From NCBI GenBank assembly GCA_907165135.1, contig OU015568.1, positions 1,798,001-1,862,000 on the forward strand: a stretch of 64,000 bases of DNA, read 5' to 3'. This document shows positions 24,180-35,822 of this stretch, one piece after another. The stretch comes from Oikopleura dioica (lineage: Eukaryota > Animalia > Chordata). A program made the translations under genes and the position numbers. The notes below the pieces were generated by a model. It was not told the DNA's origin. It did no database searches and worked only from the letters and a program-made list of their open reading frames with translations. How positions within the stretch are numbered: position 1 is the stretch's first letter; each line of letters begins with the position of its first letter.

Positions 24180-24863
24180 TTAAGCACTTGCACTTTTCTG
24201 CATCAGATCAATCTCTTCCATGATTTCAGTAATCGGATGATACGTCAGCTTCATCGCCGTGACTGGGCGGCAGTAAGTTGATTCCACTTTGAAGAGCTCC
24301 GAGTCCACGGAAAAGTAGAAAACTGCCGAAACGCAAAGAAAAAATGTCAACGTCCCGATTCCAAAAGCGGCGGAAATGAGGAGCATATTCTTCTTGTCAT
24401 CTATTTTTTTTTCTCTCAAAAAGAGTTCTCCTGGGTTCTTATTTTTGTACAAGAAAAGATGGTTTCTAAATAATAAATCTCGATTAAAATTGGTTATCTT
24501 AACGATTTTCAAGTCGATAATAGAATGATCGAATGTTCTTAGTGCTTCGTTCTTACTGAGCTCAGACTGTATTAACTCGCATTAATAATTCATCAATTTT
24601 CTTTTTGGAGAATGACCTTTTTTCTCTTCGTTTTCATCAGCCTTGGATGGCCCTTTAAATAGCTTCAAATACGGTAAAAGAGGCCTAATCCATCTTTTAA
24701 ATCGTTCACCGTTTTACAAAACAGTGAGAATATTCAGCTTTTCCTGAAGAAATAACCCGCATTTCTCCTCAAAAATCTTTCTTTTTTCCTTCAAAACTGT
24801 CTCATCAAACTGAGCGGTTTTGAAGTTATTATCCGCTTGAGCTGAAATGCGTGCTAATTTCAT
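24180..24863 (-). CDS. Hypothetical small multi-exon protein with C-terminal transmembrane segment
   Basis: ATG at 24863 (MKLARISAQADNNFK); last exon has KKNMLLISAAFGIGTLTFFLCVSAVFYF; internal junctions unresolved. Confidence 0.45.
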
Positions 24864-25219
24864 GTTTTTCCCATTTTAAACTTGCAATTGCAAGCAGATT
24901 TCTGCTTTTAGATCTGTCTCTTTTGTGAATTCAAGCTTATGCCAATTTCAGCAAGTGCTGAATGATTTATTTTTTATTTTTTTTAGCCGTCTGAACTTTT
25001 CATAAAACAAATTGTCTTATGCATGCATAGAACGATCAAGAAGGAATGAAAGTGCTGATAAAAATGAAGAGATAAACTTGACCCAGTTTTTCTCATTAAT
25101 GTTGTGTTTGGCGAGTGAGTATATTTTTGTGCAGTTTTAAATTGGAATGCTGAGAGTGTGATTTTTTCTCTCAGAGCCTCATACGAAGGTCTTTATTCTT
25201 TTCACAAGCCGAACGGTGC

Positions 25220-26830
25220 TTATGATGCTTCAGGAATTTTTTCTTCCTCTTCTTCCGGAATTTCTTCTGGAGCTTCTCCCTCTTCTGGCTCTTCCTGCTT
25301 TTCTTCTTTGGCCAGTTCTTCAGCTTCACGCCGCCGGCGCCTGAAAAAGATGGTTAGCGATGATGAGAAGGGTGCAGTCTTACTCGTACTCGATAAATTC
25401 GTCTTGGAACGAAGTGACGTCTCTGTTCAAAACGCTGAGTCGGCGACGAAGTGACTGAAAGTTCGATAAAGAAGGGGGTTATCGAAGAATAAGGGCTTAC
25501 TTCGAGATCTTCGCCGTGAAGGTCGAGCATTTCTTGGACGGAAACGTTGCCGTCGGACTCATTTTCTCGTCGTGGATCGTAGCCGTCTTCGTCAGAAACT
25601 GCAAGAAACGGATTAGCTTGATCTCTTTTTGAATCTTTTCTTACTTGTAAAAGAATCATCTGATTGCGTTGAGCCCGGTTCGTAAATTGGGTCTTCTTCA
25701 GAATCGTCCGAAACTTCTCCTTCTTCCAACTCCTCGATTTTTGCTGTGAGGAGGTTTTTGAGCTCATCTCCCTTGGTAGAAAAAGACTTATTTTTTGGTG
25801 CTAAAAACAAGCCTTAGTCCCACCTGGTAGTCTTGATTTTTCTCAGAAGGCGATTGAAGCTTTTTGGCAATGTTCATTCGCATGTGGCCGATGGAAACTG
25901 GGTCGAGGGAATATCGCGCATCGTGAGCTAGAAAAAGTATTGATGAAGGCTATTTTTGAGGCAAATTTCGAGGAACATTTGCACTTACTTTTGCAATCGG
26001 CGGCTTCGTGAATTTCTCCCGTTCTGTTAGACAACTCATCCATCGATCTGGAAAGCATTGGGCGAATCGACGCCTTCGTATCATTTGGATCAAGATGCTC
26101 GGAGACCTCCTCTGTCTCGACGGATCTGATAAAGAAGACTCAAATTGAAATCAACGAAGAGGGGGCAAACTTACGTGTAGCTTGAGAAGTCGCTGCTAGA
26201 ATTCATGGCCGGAATGTGGGCGATGTTGAGATTGGCTTCGGAAATAGAACTGTCGGAATCTGAGCGCATGATTGTAATCGTCGTGTTTATTTGTCGATCG
26301 CCGGATTCTCCAACCTCCTGAAGATGAAATTCCGAGTGATATTCCCACAAAAGATCTTACCTCAAAAACGAGCTCGTTTTGTTTAGAATTGAGAATATCT
26401 TCAAATTGTGACTTCTTGCTGAAAGGTCCCTCTATGGCCTGGCTATCAATCGAACTCTCAGGGACGACGTTGTCAAAGCTTTCATCTTCCTTTATTCGAA
26501 CTTTTTTGAGGTGATCATACAATTATCATTTCTCCAGAGGAGGGGGAGGGGTCTTCAGTGGAGGGAGTGTATCTCTCTAGTCGATTTTGATAGAGCTTCA
26601 TCTTGGCTCTTACTCAGTTCCATCTATCCCTTTTCTCAACTAGATTCGAAGCTGAGAAAGTTGCCAAGATAAGCTCATCTACTGTTTTCTCTCTATCTCT
26701 GTAATGAACCTTCTAGAGCTCGATTCAAGTGGAGGAAGAGCGAGGAGCTGACCAAAATTTTGCTTGGTCGGTTCCTTCCACTCATTCCATCACCTGACTT
26801 GGTCTATTACAGAAAGCTCACTTTACCTGT
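25220..26830 (-). CDS. Hypothetical multi-exon acidic/low-complexity protein; 5' end uncertain
   Basis: Consecutive GT-AG exons giving EELEEGEVSDDSEEDPIYE, SLRRRLSVLNRDVTSFQDEFIEYERRRREAEE...KIPEAS; TAA at 25220-25222. Confidence 0.6.
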
Positions 26831-27818
26831 CTGAATAAAGAAAAAATACCAGAAAGGTAGTAGCGTAGGCTCTGTAACAGACCGGTGAGAGAGCTGTTCG
26901 AAGAATTCTAGCGCTGTCGAGTTGGTGAAAAATTTAGAAGGATGATTTCAAAAACGAGTTCGAGGATTTCAGCTTTCCAGACTCGCGCTTTAAAAACATT
27001 CCGGCTAAGATTTTTGAAGTTATCAGTTTTCCTCTTTACTCTTTCAGGGGGTGGGATAAAAAGGGTTGAAATAAAGAGTAAGTCACCATTCCTACAGTGT
27101 CGATATCCTCGGATTTGGTTCGTTTTCGCTTGGGAATGCAGCACATCGTTCTCCCTATAAATCTCTCTTTACAGTATGACCGGAATTTGGGAAAGAATGA
27201 GTCAACGAAATCGTCAAATTCCTGATTGAGGCAAAAAAGAATTCTGCATCTTCTTATCTTTTTCTATCTCTTTACTTACAGAAGCCCATTTTCTCTCGTG
27301 AGTAGATCCGGCAGTCGATAGAAAATCAGCAGAAATTGGCAGGTTGCGCAAAACAGGAGAATGATTTGTTTCCGCAGCGCGCGCCGGGGTCAACGTGAAA
27401 ATCTAGAAAGAATCGAGCCGCGCCGAAATCTGGAAAATGGCTTCTCGGGTCGAGAAGATTTGGCTTTTTGGAATCAAAAGAACTTTCTTTATTTTCAGAA
27501 AGTTTGAGTTCTTGAATTCATAGTGGAATTTCGAGTCGTAAAATATAAATTTTTTTGACTAAAAATGGACCAAAATTTTGGTTCATTTTTTGACCAAGAG
27601 TGAGTCTTTTTTATAGAAAGTTCATTTTGATTAGTAGAGATGTAAATAAAAACTGAAATCCTGGGCATTTACCGATAGTTTATCGGCGAAAAAATATACC
27701 TAGAAAACAAATTGACAGATCCTCCAATAGCGAAACTTTCGATCTTTTGAATAATAATTTATGCATGAATTATCGTTTTATAAACGCCACTTTTTGCAAC
27801 CATAGCCATCACTCAAAT

Positions 27819-27992
27819 ATGCACTCTTCTTCTTTCATGTTCATTTTTGCTGGGACGGCGGCAGCATTTCGTATTTCCCCGTTGACAGACATCCTCAGCG
27901 AGATAGAGGACAACAAGAAAAACTACTTTTTCGAAGAGCCTCTTTACCAGTTCGACGATCCTTTTTACGCTGTACCGGTTCTTTATTACTAA
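27819..27992 (+). CDS. Putative small secreted peptide (57 aa)
   Basis: MHSSSFMFIFAGTAAA signal-like start, Tyr/Phe/Pro/acidic mature part, AATAAA shortly after the stop. Confidence 0.45.
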   Translation: MHSSSFMFIFAGTAAAFRISPLTDILSEIEDNKKNYFFEEPLYQFDDPFYAVPVLYY

Positions 27993-28103
27993 CAATTCAG
28001 TGAATAAATGCAGGTCGAAGATCAAAAAATTATTTATTTGTGAAAGTTGGCAATATTTGCTCTCAGACTTGGACCGTTGCATTTTTTGTAGAAGTCGCAA
28101 AGT

Positions 28104-28980
28104 ATGATTCGTGTATTTTTGCTGATTAACTGTCTTTTCGGGGCGAAAATTGAAAAAGATGAAGCAAACGCATTCCTCCGCGTTCGTCGAGCGAACACAG
28201 GATATGAAGAATACATGAACAGTGGAAATTTGGAAAGAGAATGCATCGAGGAAACTTGCGATTCTTACGAATTTCATGAAGTTTACGATGATCATTCTAT
28301 TTCTGACCCGCTTTTGGTAGTCGAAACATATTTTTTGTGAATTAATATTTTTTCGAGAACAAATATATCCTGTGCAAAGAGTCCGAAAAGCTATATAACG
28401 ATGGAAATGCAACATCTACCCCTGATTTTGTAAGAACTTGTTTCGAAAACGAGGATTCGCCGACAATTTGCAACAAAACTGATATTCAAAGACAACTTGC
28501 TGAAAAAAACACAGAAATAAATGAGCTGAAGGATGAATTAAAAAATTTTAAGGTTCGTTTTCAATATGATTTGGAAAAAGTAATGAAGTATTGAAGAAAA
28601 TACGATTCCTGAAAGGAAAAGAGAAGATGGAATTTTTGGATGCCGACAGATATTGTAAACATCAAGGTGGAAGACTCGCATTTTTCAACACGGAACACGA
28701 ATACAATCAGTACATCAGACTGAAGCCTTTTAGGCAAGAGCACATCGGAATGAGATCAGTTACACCTGAAAATCAAATTTGGCGCAATGTAGATGGATCT
28801 GTTCCATACATCAACTGGCAAACACCCCCAAAACGATTAACGAAGCAAGAGCTTGCTGTGTGTATTTCTTATCCGCCAGAAACATGTGGGGTCGCTATCC
28901 ATCAAGAGTTTGTGCATCTGGAAATAGGTCTCAATTACTGTGATGGTGAAAAACTTCATTTTACATGCAGATTAAATTGA
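28104..28980 (+). CDS. Secreted Gla-domain plus coiled-coil plus C-type lectin-like domain protein
   Basis: Propeptide [10 protein letters not shown] then [30 protein letters not shown] (Gla); later [32 protein letters not shown] (CTLD); three exons. Confidence 0.88.
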
Positions 28981-29009
28981 GTAAACACAAGTATCTAAAT
29001 TTGTTTATT

Positions 29010-30628
29010 CTAGCGTATGTTCGAGACAAGAAAATTATTTTCTTCCTCTCTTGCAGATCTTGCTTTTTTCTTTCTTTCTCTTCTTTTGGTCATCAATTTG
29101 GTCCCAGCTCGCAGCACCCTAAAAAGCTCAATTAGCAAAACTATATCTATTTTCAACTTACTTGATAAAAATGGCTACAAAGACAATGCCGAGCCCAAGC
29201 CATCCGTAGAGTCCAAATTTATGCCCAAAAAGAATCCATGATAAAAGCACTGAAAGACATTTTCAGCCCTAGAACTTTGTTCGAATACCTTGAGGAATCG
29301 TCTTCGAAGAAATGATAATGATAAAAATGAGTGGTCCAAACTCTTTGATCGTAAAGAAGATGAAAAACTGGGCGGTCGCTTGAGTGATAGCAAGGATGAA
29401 AATGTGCAGGATAACAATTGGGTTTTGCTCCATAAAATCGAACGCCACGTGCAATTGCTCCAGTTCTTTTAGAAATGAAAATGACTGTCGCAGGTTTTTC
29501 ATATTATTTTCTCGAAGATAAAGTTTTAATATCTTGCATTTAAGCACTAAAAACCGTTTCAGAAAAATCATGGAGCAAGCAGCAACTCCAAACATCATTT
29601 CGTAATTTGACATCTTATACTTTTTGTACAGTTTGTCTTGCCAATTCGACGTAAAAGCATCGCATATTATGTACAAGCAAAGAATAACCAATCCAAACAG
29701 CGTGTTACTAATTGTCTCTTCTTCTTCCGGCGGTTCTTTGAAGCACATAAAGATGCTGATTCCAGCAGCAAAGAAGCCTCCAATGATCCATTCGAAGATA
29801 TCGTATTTTGTCCTCGAAATGCAGTAGCCCATCGCCATGACAGGAAGTATTCTCGATCCTTTGAAAATAACCAGGGTTGAGAAACTGACGACTTTGAGCG
29901 CTTCGAGTTGAAACCAAGAGCCAAGAATGTTACTCAGCGAGCAAAGTGAATACTTATAAAAAGGCACTCCACTGAGTCCACCAGTGCCCCTTGAAATCAA
30001 AACAGTAAAAGACAGAATACAGGCGCAGCCGCGAGAGCAGAAGATAATCAAATTCGTAGGAACCAAGTCTTTAAAGAAGTGGTCGCCGTAGGGAACCTTG
30101 ATGACTCGTTCTTGAAAGACGCCGTAAATCAGGAGACTACCAGACACGCCAATGATGGATAAGAATAACTTGCAGCACTTAACGGCGTCAGTTTCCGCTG
30201 GGTACTCGTCGCTTTTTTGATGTTGACAATTTGACAATTTCGATTTATATTGAAAAAGATATGGCTCGAAAGAACCGGCAATAGCCGGCCGAAAAGATTG
30301 AATACGGCGAAAATATTTGAAAGAAGGCCGGATTGAAACAGGCTCTCTCCACAAAATGCATTTATGATTCCAGTATAATTCTGAAGAATTCTTCCTAAAG
30401 TCAACATTTCCTGATCTCCCTCGCAGCTTGCTCCTTTTCATCTCCTTTAAAAAATCTCTTGAAAAGCTCCCATCCAACCCCTTTTCTCTTTCTACTATCA
30501 TTGAACCAGCTCTTTCCGAAAAGATAAAAAATAAAAGCGACGACGACTACGCCAGCGTAACTCAAAATATTAAAAAATAAGAGTTTCGAAAAAGTGTAAG
30601 ATTCGAACTCTTCCGTTGAATTAGACAT
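29010..30628 (-). CDS. SLC35B2: PAPS transporter 1 (nucleotide-sugar transporter family SLC35B)
   Basis: YGVFQERVI, PFYKYSLCSLSNILGSWFQLEALKVVSF, ILPVMAMG, DAFTSNWQDKLY, QFFIFFTIKEFGP; extra N-terminal TM segment typical of PAPST1. Confidence 0.88.
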
Positions 30629-31293
30629 GATTAAAATGGACACAACAAAAATGAGATTTCAAAGAGAGGACAAAGATACAAAGTTTTAACGATCTTCAAT
30701 AATTGGCACCCGCCGAGCAAGAAATCTCAATTGATCACAAAAAACAGGCGGCGAATAATTTTACAGCTTTTTTTTGCAGTTTTGCATGTCGACTGTTTGA
30801 GCTTAAAAGCGACCTCTTTGTGGTACGAACAATATTATTGAAAATATTGGCTTGCTCATATCACAAAACAAGGACGATTTTGAGCTCAATTGCTTATTAC
30901 AATCCCTCTCTTTTTGATAGAAAAAATGAAAAAGGGGGACATTAAAAAGGGGTGAAGAGGAAATAAAAACGTAAATATTTCTCCTAGTGGAAGGAATTTT
31001 CAAAAGATAGACAGGAAGTGAATTCATGGTACTTTGAAGAATAAGCGCTTATTTTTGTTTTCCTCGACAATAAACATCTTCATTTGACCAATTCGATGAT
31101 CGATTTAAGGCTCTCATCCTTATTTAGCTAACATTATAGATATGAATTGTTTACGCTAGAAAATAACAAAAGAAAAAGACTGTTTTTGAGTCAAAATTGT
31201 TCGTTGGCTTTATTCACAAAAATTTAAAGTTGATTTCCATTTGTTTTTTTAAATTTTACAGTAAATAAAGAGATATCGTGTCATCTCTTCTGT

Positions 31294-32060
31294 TTAAAAT
31301 CCGACAATGACTTGTTCACCGACACACTTGGCGTAGTCGCAAGTCATGTCAATCCCGGTGCCGGGTTTGATTGTGACTGGTTTTGCTCCGAAGACGCAGT
31401 CGTAGACGTCTTCGATGGTGACGGTGTCTGGAAGAGGTTCGTGGAATTGAAGACCCGCAAAGTAGAGATCCTTCTTTAGGTTTCCGAATGGGTCGGGCAT
31501 CGTTTTATCGGCACTGAAATAAAAGTAGTTTGAATAGTCTATCTGCCTTGATCTTACCGGAAGCCAAGAGTAACTGATCGATGCTTCTTGTGCTCCATGG
31601 GATCGACTTCTCTGTAGTAGTGTCCATCGAAAGCTTCGTAGTTCGTGATAACGTCCTTATTTCCCTTTGGTCTCTTTTCCAAAACGCTCCAATCGTAAGC
31701 AGCGTTGCGGAGAACGTCTAGAACTGGCTGACCGCAAACAGCTCGTGACATCACCCAGTACTGCTGGTAGGAAAGAGTGGTCTTGATTGCAGCTTTTGTT
31801 GCTGCCTGGACGACGAAACCAGTGTCTCCCAATCGGAATGGCTTCATCATGCCACGGTTGCTGAAGGCTTTTTCGGCGGACCTGAATCGGAGTTTAAAAA
31901 AGGGGTAGACGGGGAGAGACTTGCCTGATTCCAGCAATGACGTCGTCTGTGCATGGGCATGGGTCGACTGTTGTGGTCGTCGATGAAGTCGTGGTTGAAG
32001 TCGTGGTAGTTGTGGTGGTTGTGGTTGTTGTTGTGGTTGTCGTGGTTGTAGTGGTAGTTG
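31294..32060 (-). CDS. Thr-rich mucin-like stalk plus Cys-containing globular domain; 5' exon(s) not found
   Basis: Three GT-AG-joined exons: poly-Thr/DPCPCTDDVIAGIR, SAEKAFSNRG...VTLGFR, ADKTMPDPFG...CDYAKCVGEQVIVGF. Confidence 0.7.
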
Positions 32061-32355
32061 CTGAAATAAGTAAAATACGAAGTTTTCGCCCTCTCTAATT
32101 AAAGAGTGAAAAACATTATTTAGGAAAATAATCAGAACAAATATCAAAGAGTCTTGAAATAAAAATGTCTGAAAGTACACGTTTATCTCAAATTAAAAGT
32201 GAGGTTTGAGAAAAATTGAGCGCGTTTATCTTGGAGACGATATGCATTGACTTTTGTCTTGATTAGCGGGAAATTGCATCGAATGGCATTTAGAAAATAT
32301 TCAGCATAGATGAAATTATCGAGGTTTCTGGAAATTTCTTTTTGAAATTTCGAAT

Positions 32356-33436
32356 TTATTTGGTCGAGCGCTCAGAATACTCAGGAAAGTAACGGCGAAT
32401 ATTTTTGTTGTACCACTCAAGATACTTGACGGGTTCGTATTGTCGATCTTCTTCTTTTACTCCGAAAGGCCAGAACTCGCCTTCTGGGTTTGGCTGGACG
32501 AAGTACGGAATGGAGAATCGGACGATGTTCGGGGTGAATCTTACTCGATGTTTCGTAGCTTAAATTTTTTGATAGAGGAATATTTTTATGAGAATCTACC
32601 TTTTGCTCGTCCGTTTGACATTCTTTCAAAAGCTCGACCAGTGTTGACGACGATTGAACCGGGCACAGGCTGAATCAAATCATAAAATACCTATCTAAAT
32701 AGAAGGATCTGTTGTACCTTGACAGGGATCCATTCCATATTATAGGGATTCTGAACCTCTAAGCCACCAACATCATCCTGATAGAGAAGCGTTATGATTC
32801 CAGAATCAAAATGCTCCACGCAATTCAACGGTGCTCCATCCTCTCCATTGGTATACGCTTCCTCACGTGGCGGATAATAATTTATTCGAAGAAAGCTTCG
32901 ATGCCCAGGCATAATGTCATTTAGCTGAGAGCCAAAGTTCAATGATTTTGAAATGGCGTTTATCATGATTTTGGCGAGAGACGATATTCGGTTGATGTAA
33001 TCGCCAGCGGTTTTTGCGAATTCATCGGAGGGACATTTTGTATCGTACTAAAAATGAGTTTTTGAATTGTTTTCTGAACTAGAAGATTTACAATTCCAGT
33101 GAAGGATCCGCACTCGTCCGGCCAATTTACACCTCTTATTCGAACATCAAAGCCTTCTTTCCCGTCTTTTGACGCTGGAAAATATCCATGATCATCATTA
33201 TTTACGCAGAACTTTTTCCTCTCCTCCAAGGGAACTTGCATAAAATCAGTCATCAATCCTGTTAGCCCATCGATCAGACGGTCCTCAATTTTGAAGTTCG
33301 TAATCGTCACGAATCCGAAATCTTCCATCGCATCAGTAATTTCCTTCGCTTTTTTTAGCGCTGCTTCAGATTTGATTTCAGGATCATCGAGCAACTCCTG
33401 AACATCGATGACAGGGATGCAGTTTTCTTGCCACAT
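32356..33436 (-). CDS. 2-oxoglutarate/Fe(II) dioxygenase, isopenicillin-N-synthase-like (DIOX_N plus 2OG-FeII_Oxy)
   Basis: IPVIDVQEL, AMEDFGFVTITN, LRINYYPP, HFDSGIITLLYQDDVGGLEV, PVPGSIVVNTG, HRV..RFSIPYF. Confidence 0.92.
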
Positions 33437-33801
33437 TTTCTCTTCGAAAATGAGTTTTTTAGCTTAAGAACTTTGTTTGCCTTTCTTTTATTTGAATTCT
33501 GGAAGTGAGCTTCTACCTGTATTTGATTTTCACGCACTATGGCCTCATTCGATGACATATTTTATTCGCGAAGCACGCTACTTACTCACGCGAAATTCCA
33601 GCGTCAGCTCGTGAATTTAAAGACATCAAAGCAAATAGCAAATCATCAGCGTGCCTATTTTCCGTCCATGAATCAGTATTGACACTGCATCGGCATTATA
33701 ATTGAGCATATTTGCATTCTTCTACCTCTTCACTAGATCCGCTCCATTTATCTACATTTTCTACACCAAAGAGAGAAAAAAAAATTAATCAAGAATAAAT
33801 C

Positions 33802-35355
33802 ATGTCCGACGTTGATTCCCTGCCAGAATTTTCCGAGGATGAGGAAGTCGCCGAAATCACTGAGGGAGTTTCCGATGATGGCAAGAAGAAGAAAAAGGAG
33901 AAAGTGAAAAGTAAGTTTAAACAGGTAGTCACCATAAAATGCTATTTTTATCTCGGCATTGATATTTTTTTCGCGAGGTCAAGCAGATCTAAATAATTTT
34001 CTTATCTCCAAGAGACACTTGACATAATTCAAACCTTGCTTTTTAGTCGATCCTCCACTGATGAACCGACCTACTACCCCAGACGACTTCGAGCGATACG
34101 AGCCATCTCCTTTCCAACTCGTCCTTGCCTGCAAAGACCTTCCAAATGGTGATGGTTTCCGATCTCTTTCGGATCCCCGAGCTATTCTTTACATGAAAGA
34201 TCAGCCGACTGGCAAGTGGTTCGAGGTCGGCCGAACAGAACGAATCAAGGACAACCTCAACCCTGAATGGGCTACTCGAATCGATGTAGATTTCTTTGAC
34301 CACGAAGAAGACGACTGCCGAGTTGAGGTCTACGACTGGAACAAGAATTATACCGATTTGAAGGTAGTGACGCCCTTATTATGATGTTTATCCCTTTCAG
34401 AAACACACATTCCTTGGCATGTGGAAGGGACCCTTCTCCGCGCTCTGTAAAGGTGGCGATTTCTTCAACAAAGAACTTCAAATGATGAACAAGGACGGAA
34501 CCGGCTTCAACAAGAAAAAGTCGCCATCGACGATTCGAATGGGAGCGCTCCCAGTTTCCGGAGTGAAAGTAATCTTCCAAATGCAATTCGAAGCTGTTGG
34601 AATCGACAAAGCAAGTCGATCAGGAAAAACTGACGCGTACATGGAGATGGCGATTTCGACCGAGAACGAGGGCGAATATGTTACTTTTCATCGAACTGAA
34701 GTCATCAAGAAGGTAACTGCAAGGCTCTAGAATGAAATTTTAAAGAAGTTACTTTAGACTACCGATCCAAAGTGGGAACGATTCCAGCTCACTGCCAATC
34801 AACTCTCTGCTGAGCTTGCTGATAGGTGAGGATATATTTGTTTTGGTATCTTACAACATGTAGGCACTTGAAAATCACCGTAAACCACTGGTCAAAGAAG
34901 GGACCAAAGGAAATTGGATCCTGCACAACTTCTTTTGGCGAACTTCGATCACGAAAAGAAGCTGGCGAGGACATTGAATTCGTCCTCATCAATGAGGAAA
35001 AAGCAAACGGCAAGAAGAAGGACAAGTACACCAATTCAGGAGTCGTCAAACTTGTGAGCTTGAAGAAGAAGAACGCTCGCGTCAAAAAGGCTGCTTCGAC
35101 TCGAGCTGCACCTCCAGGTAAGGACGAAGCTAAAGGTTGTTTTGAGGACGTTTTTCTAGTGGAGGAGGCCCCCGAAGTTGCTCCTGAAGGCCCCTGTGGA
35201 GGAGCACAGACACTTGAAATTCCAGAACTCATGGGTAATCAAACACAAAATCAATAGCTCTATCAACAATTCTAGATAACGCAGAAGAAGCTCCTGAAGA
35301 AACCTGCGAGCCAGAAGAAGCTGCTGAAGAAGCCGAAGTAGAAGCCGAGGACTAA
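33802..35355 (+). CDS. Copine-type tandem C2-domain protein lacking the vWA domain
   Basis: LACKDL..SLSDP..WFEVGRTERIKDNLNPEW..EVYDW (C2A); GIDK..GKTDAY..HRTEVIKK..DPKW (C2B); then a short Glu/Pro/Ala-rich tail and TAA at 35353. Confidence 0.85.
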
Positions 35356-35822
35356 AATTCAATTTGTTACTTCGCTTTTTTATATGATTCGTCGCTTTTT
35401 TATTAATTTTATAAGTCCTTCGAAAGAACCTGAGCAAAAAGTTTACTATGTCTGATGAAATTCATTTTCATTAGTGGCTTCAAAAACATCAATTTTCAAA
35501 ACTCAAATTTGAAAATTCCAATTCCGAACTTCATTTACTAATAAAAATACTGCTTCTTGAACAATTGTTGTTTTTTCTCTAGAGCAATTATGTAATAATC
35601 GTTATTGGGGAAATTCCCTCAACAAAGCCTTTTCATAATTATCTGGGTCGCGCCGTAGAAAAAAAGCTCCCGACGGCGAAGAGATCAGCCTTGGGGCGAA
35701 GAACAGAGAGTTAGGGAAAAAGACACACCTCAAACTCAACTTTACTCGGCTCGTAAACCGGTTCAATAAACTCGGTCGCGAAAAGAATAACGATTTAAAA
35801 GAGAAGCCGAAAGTGTCTAAAT

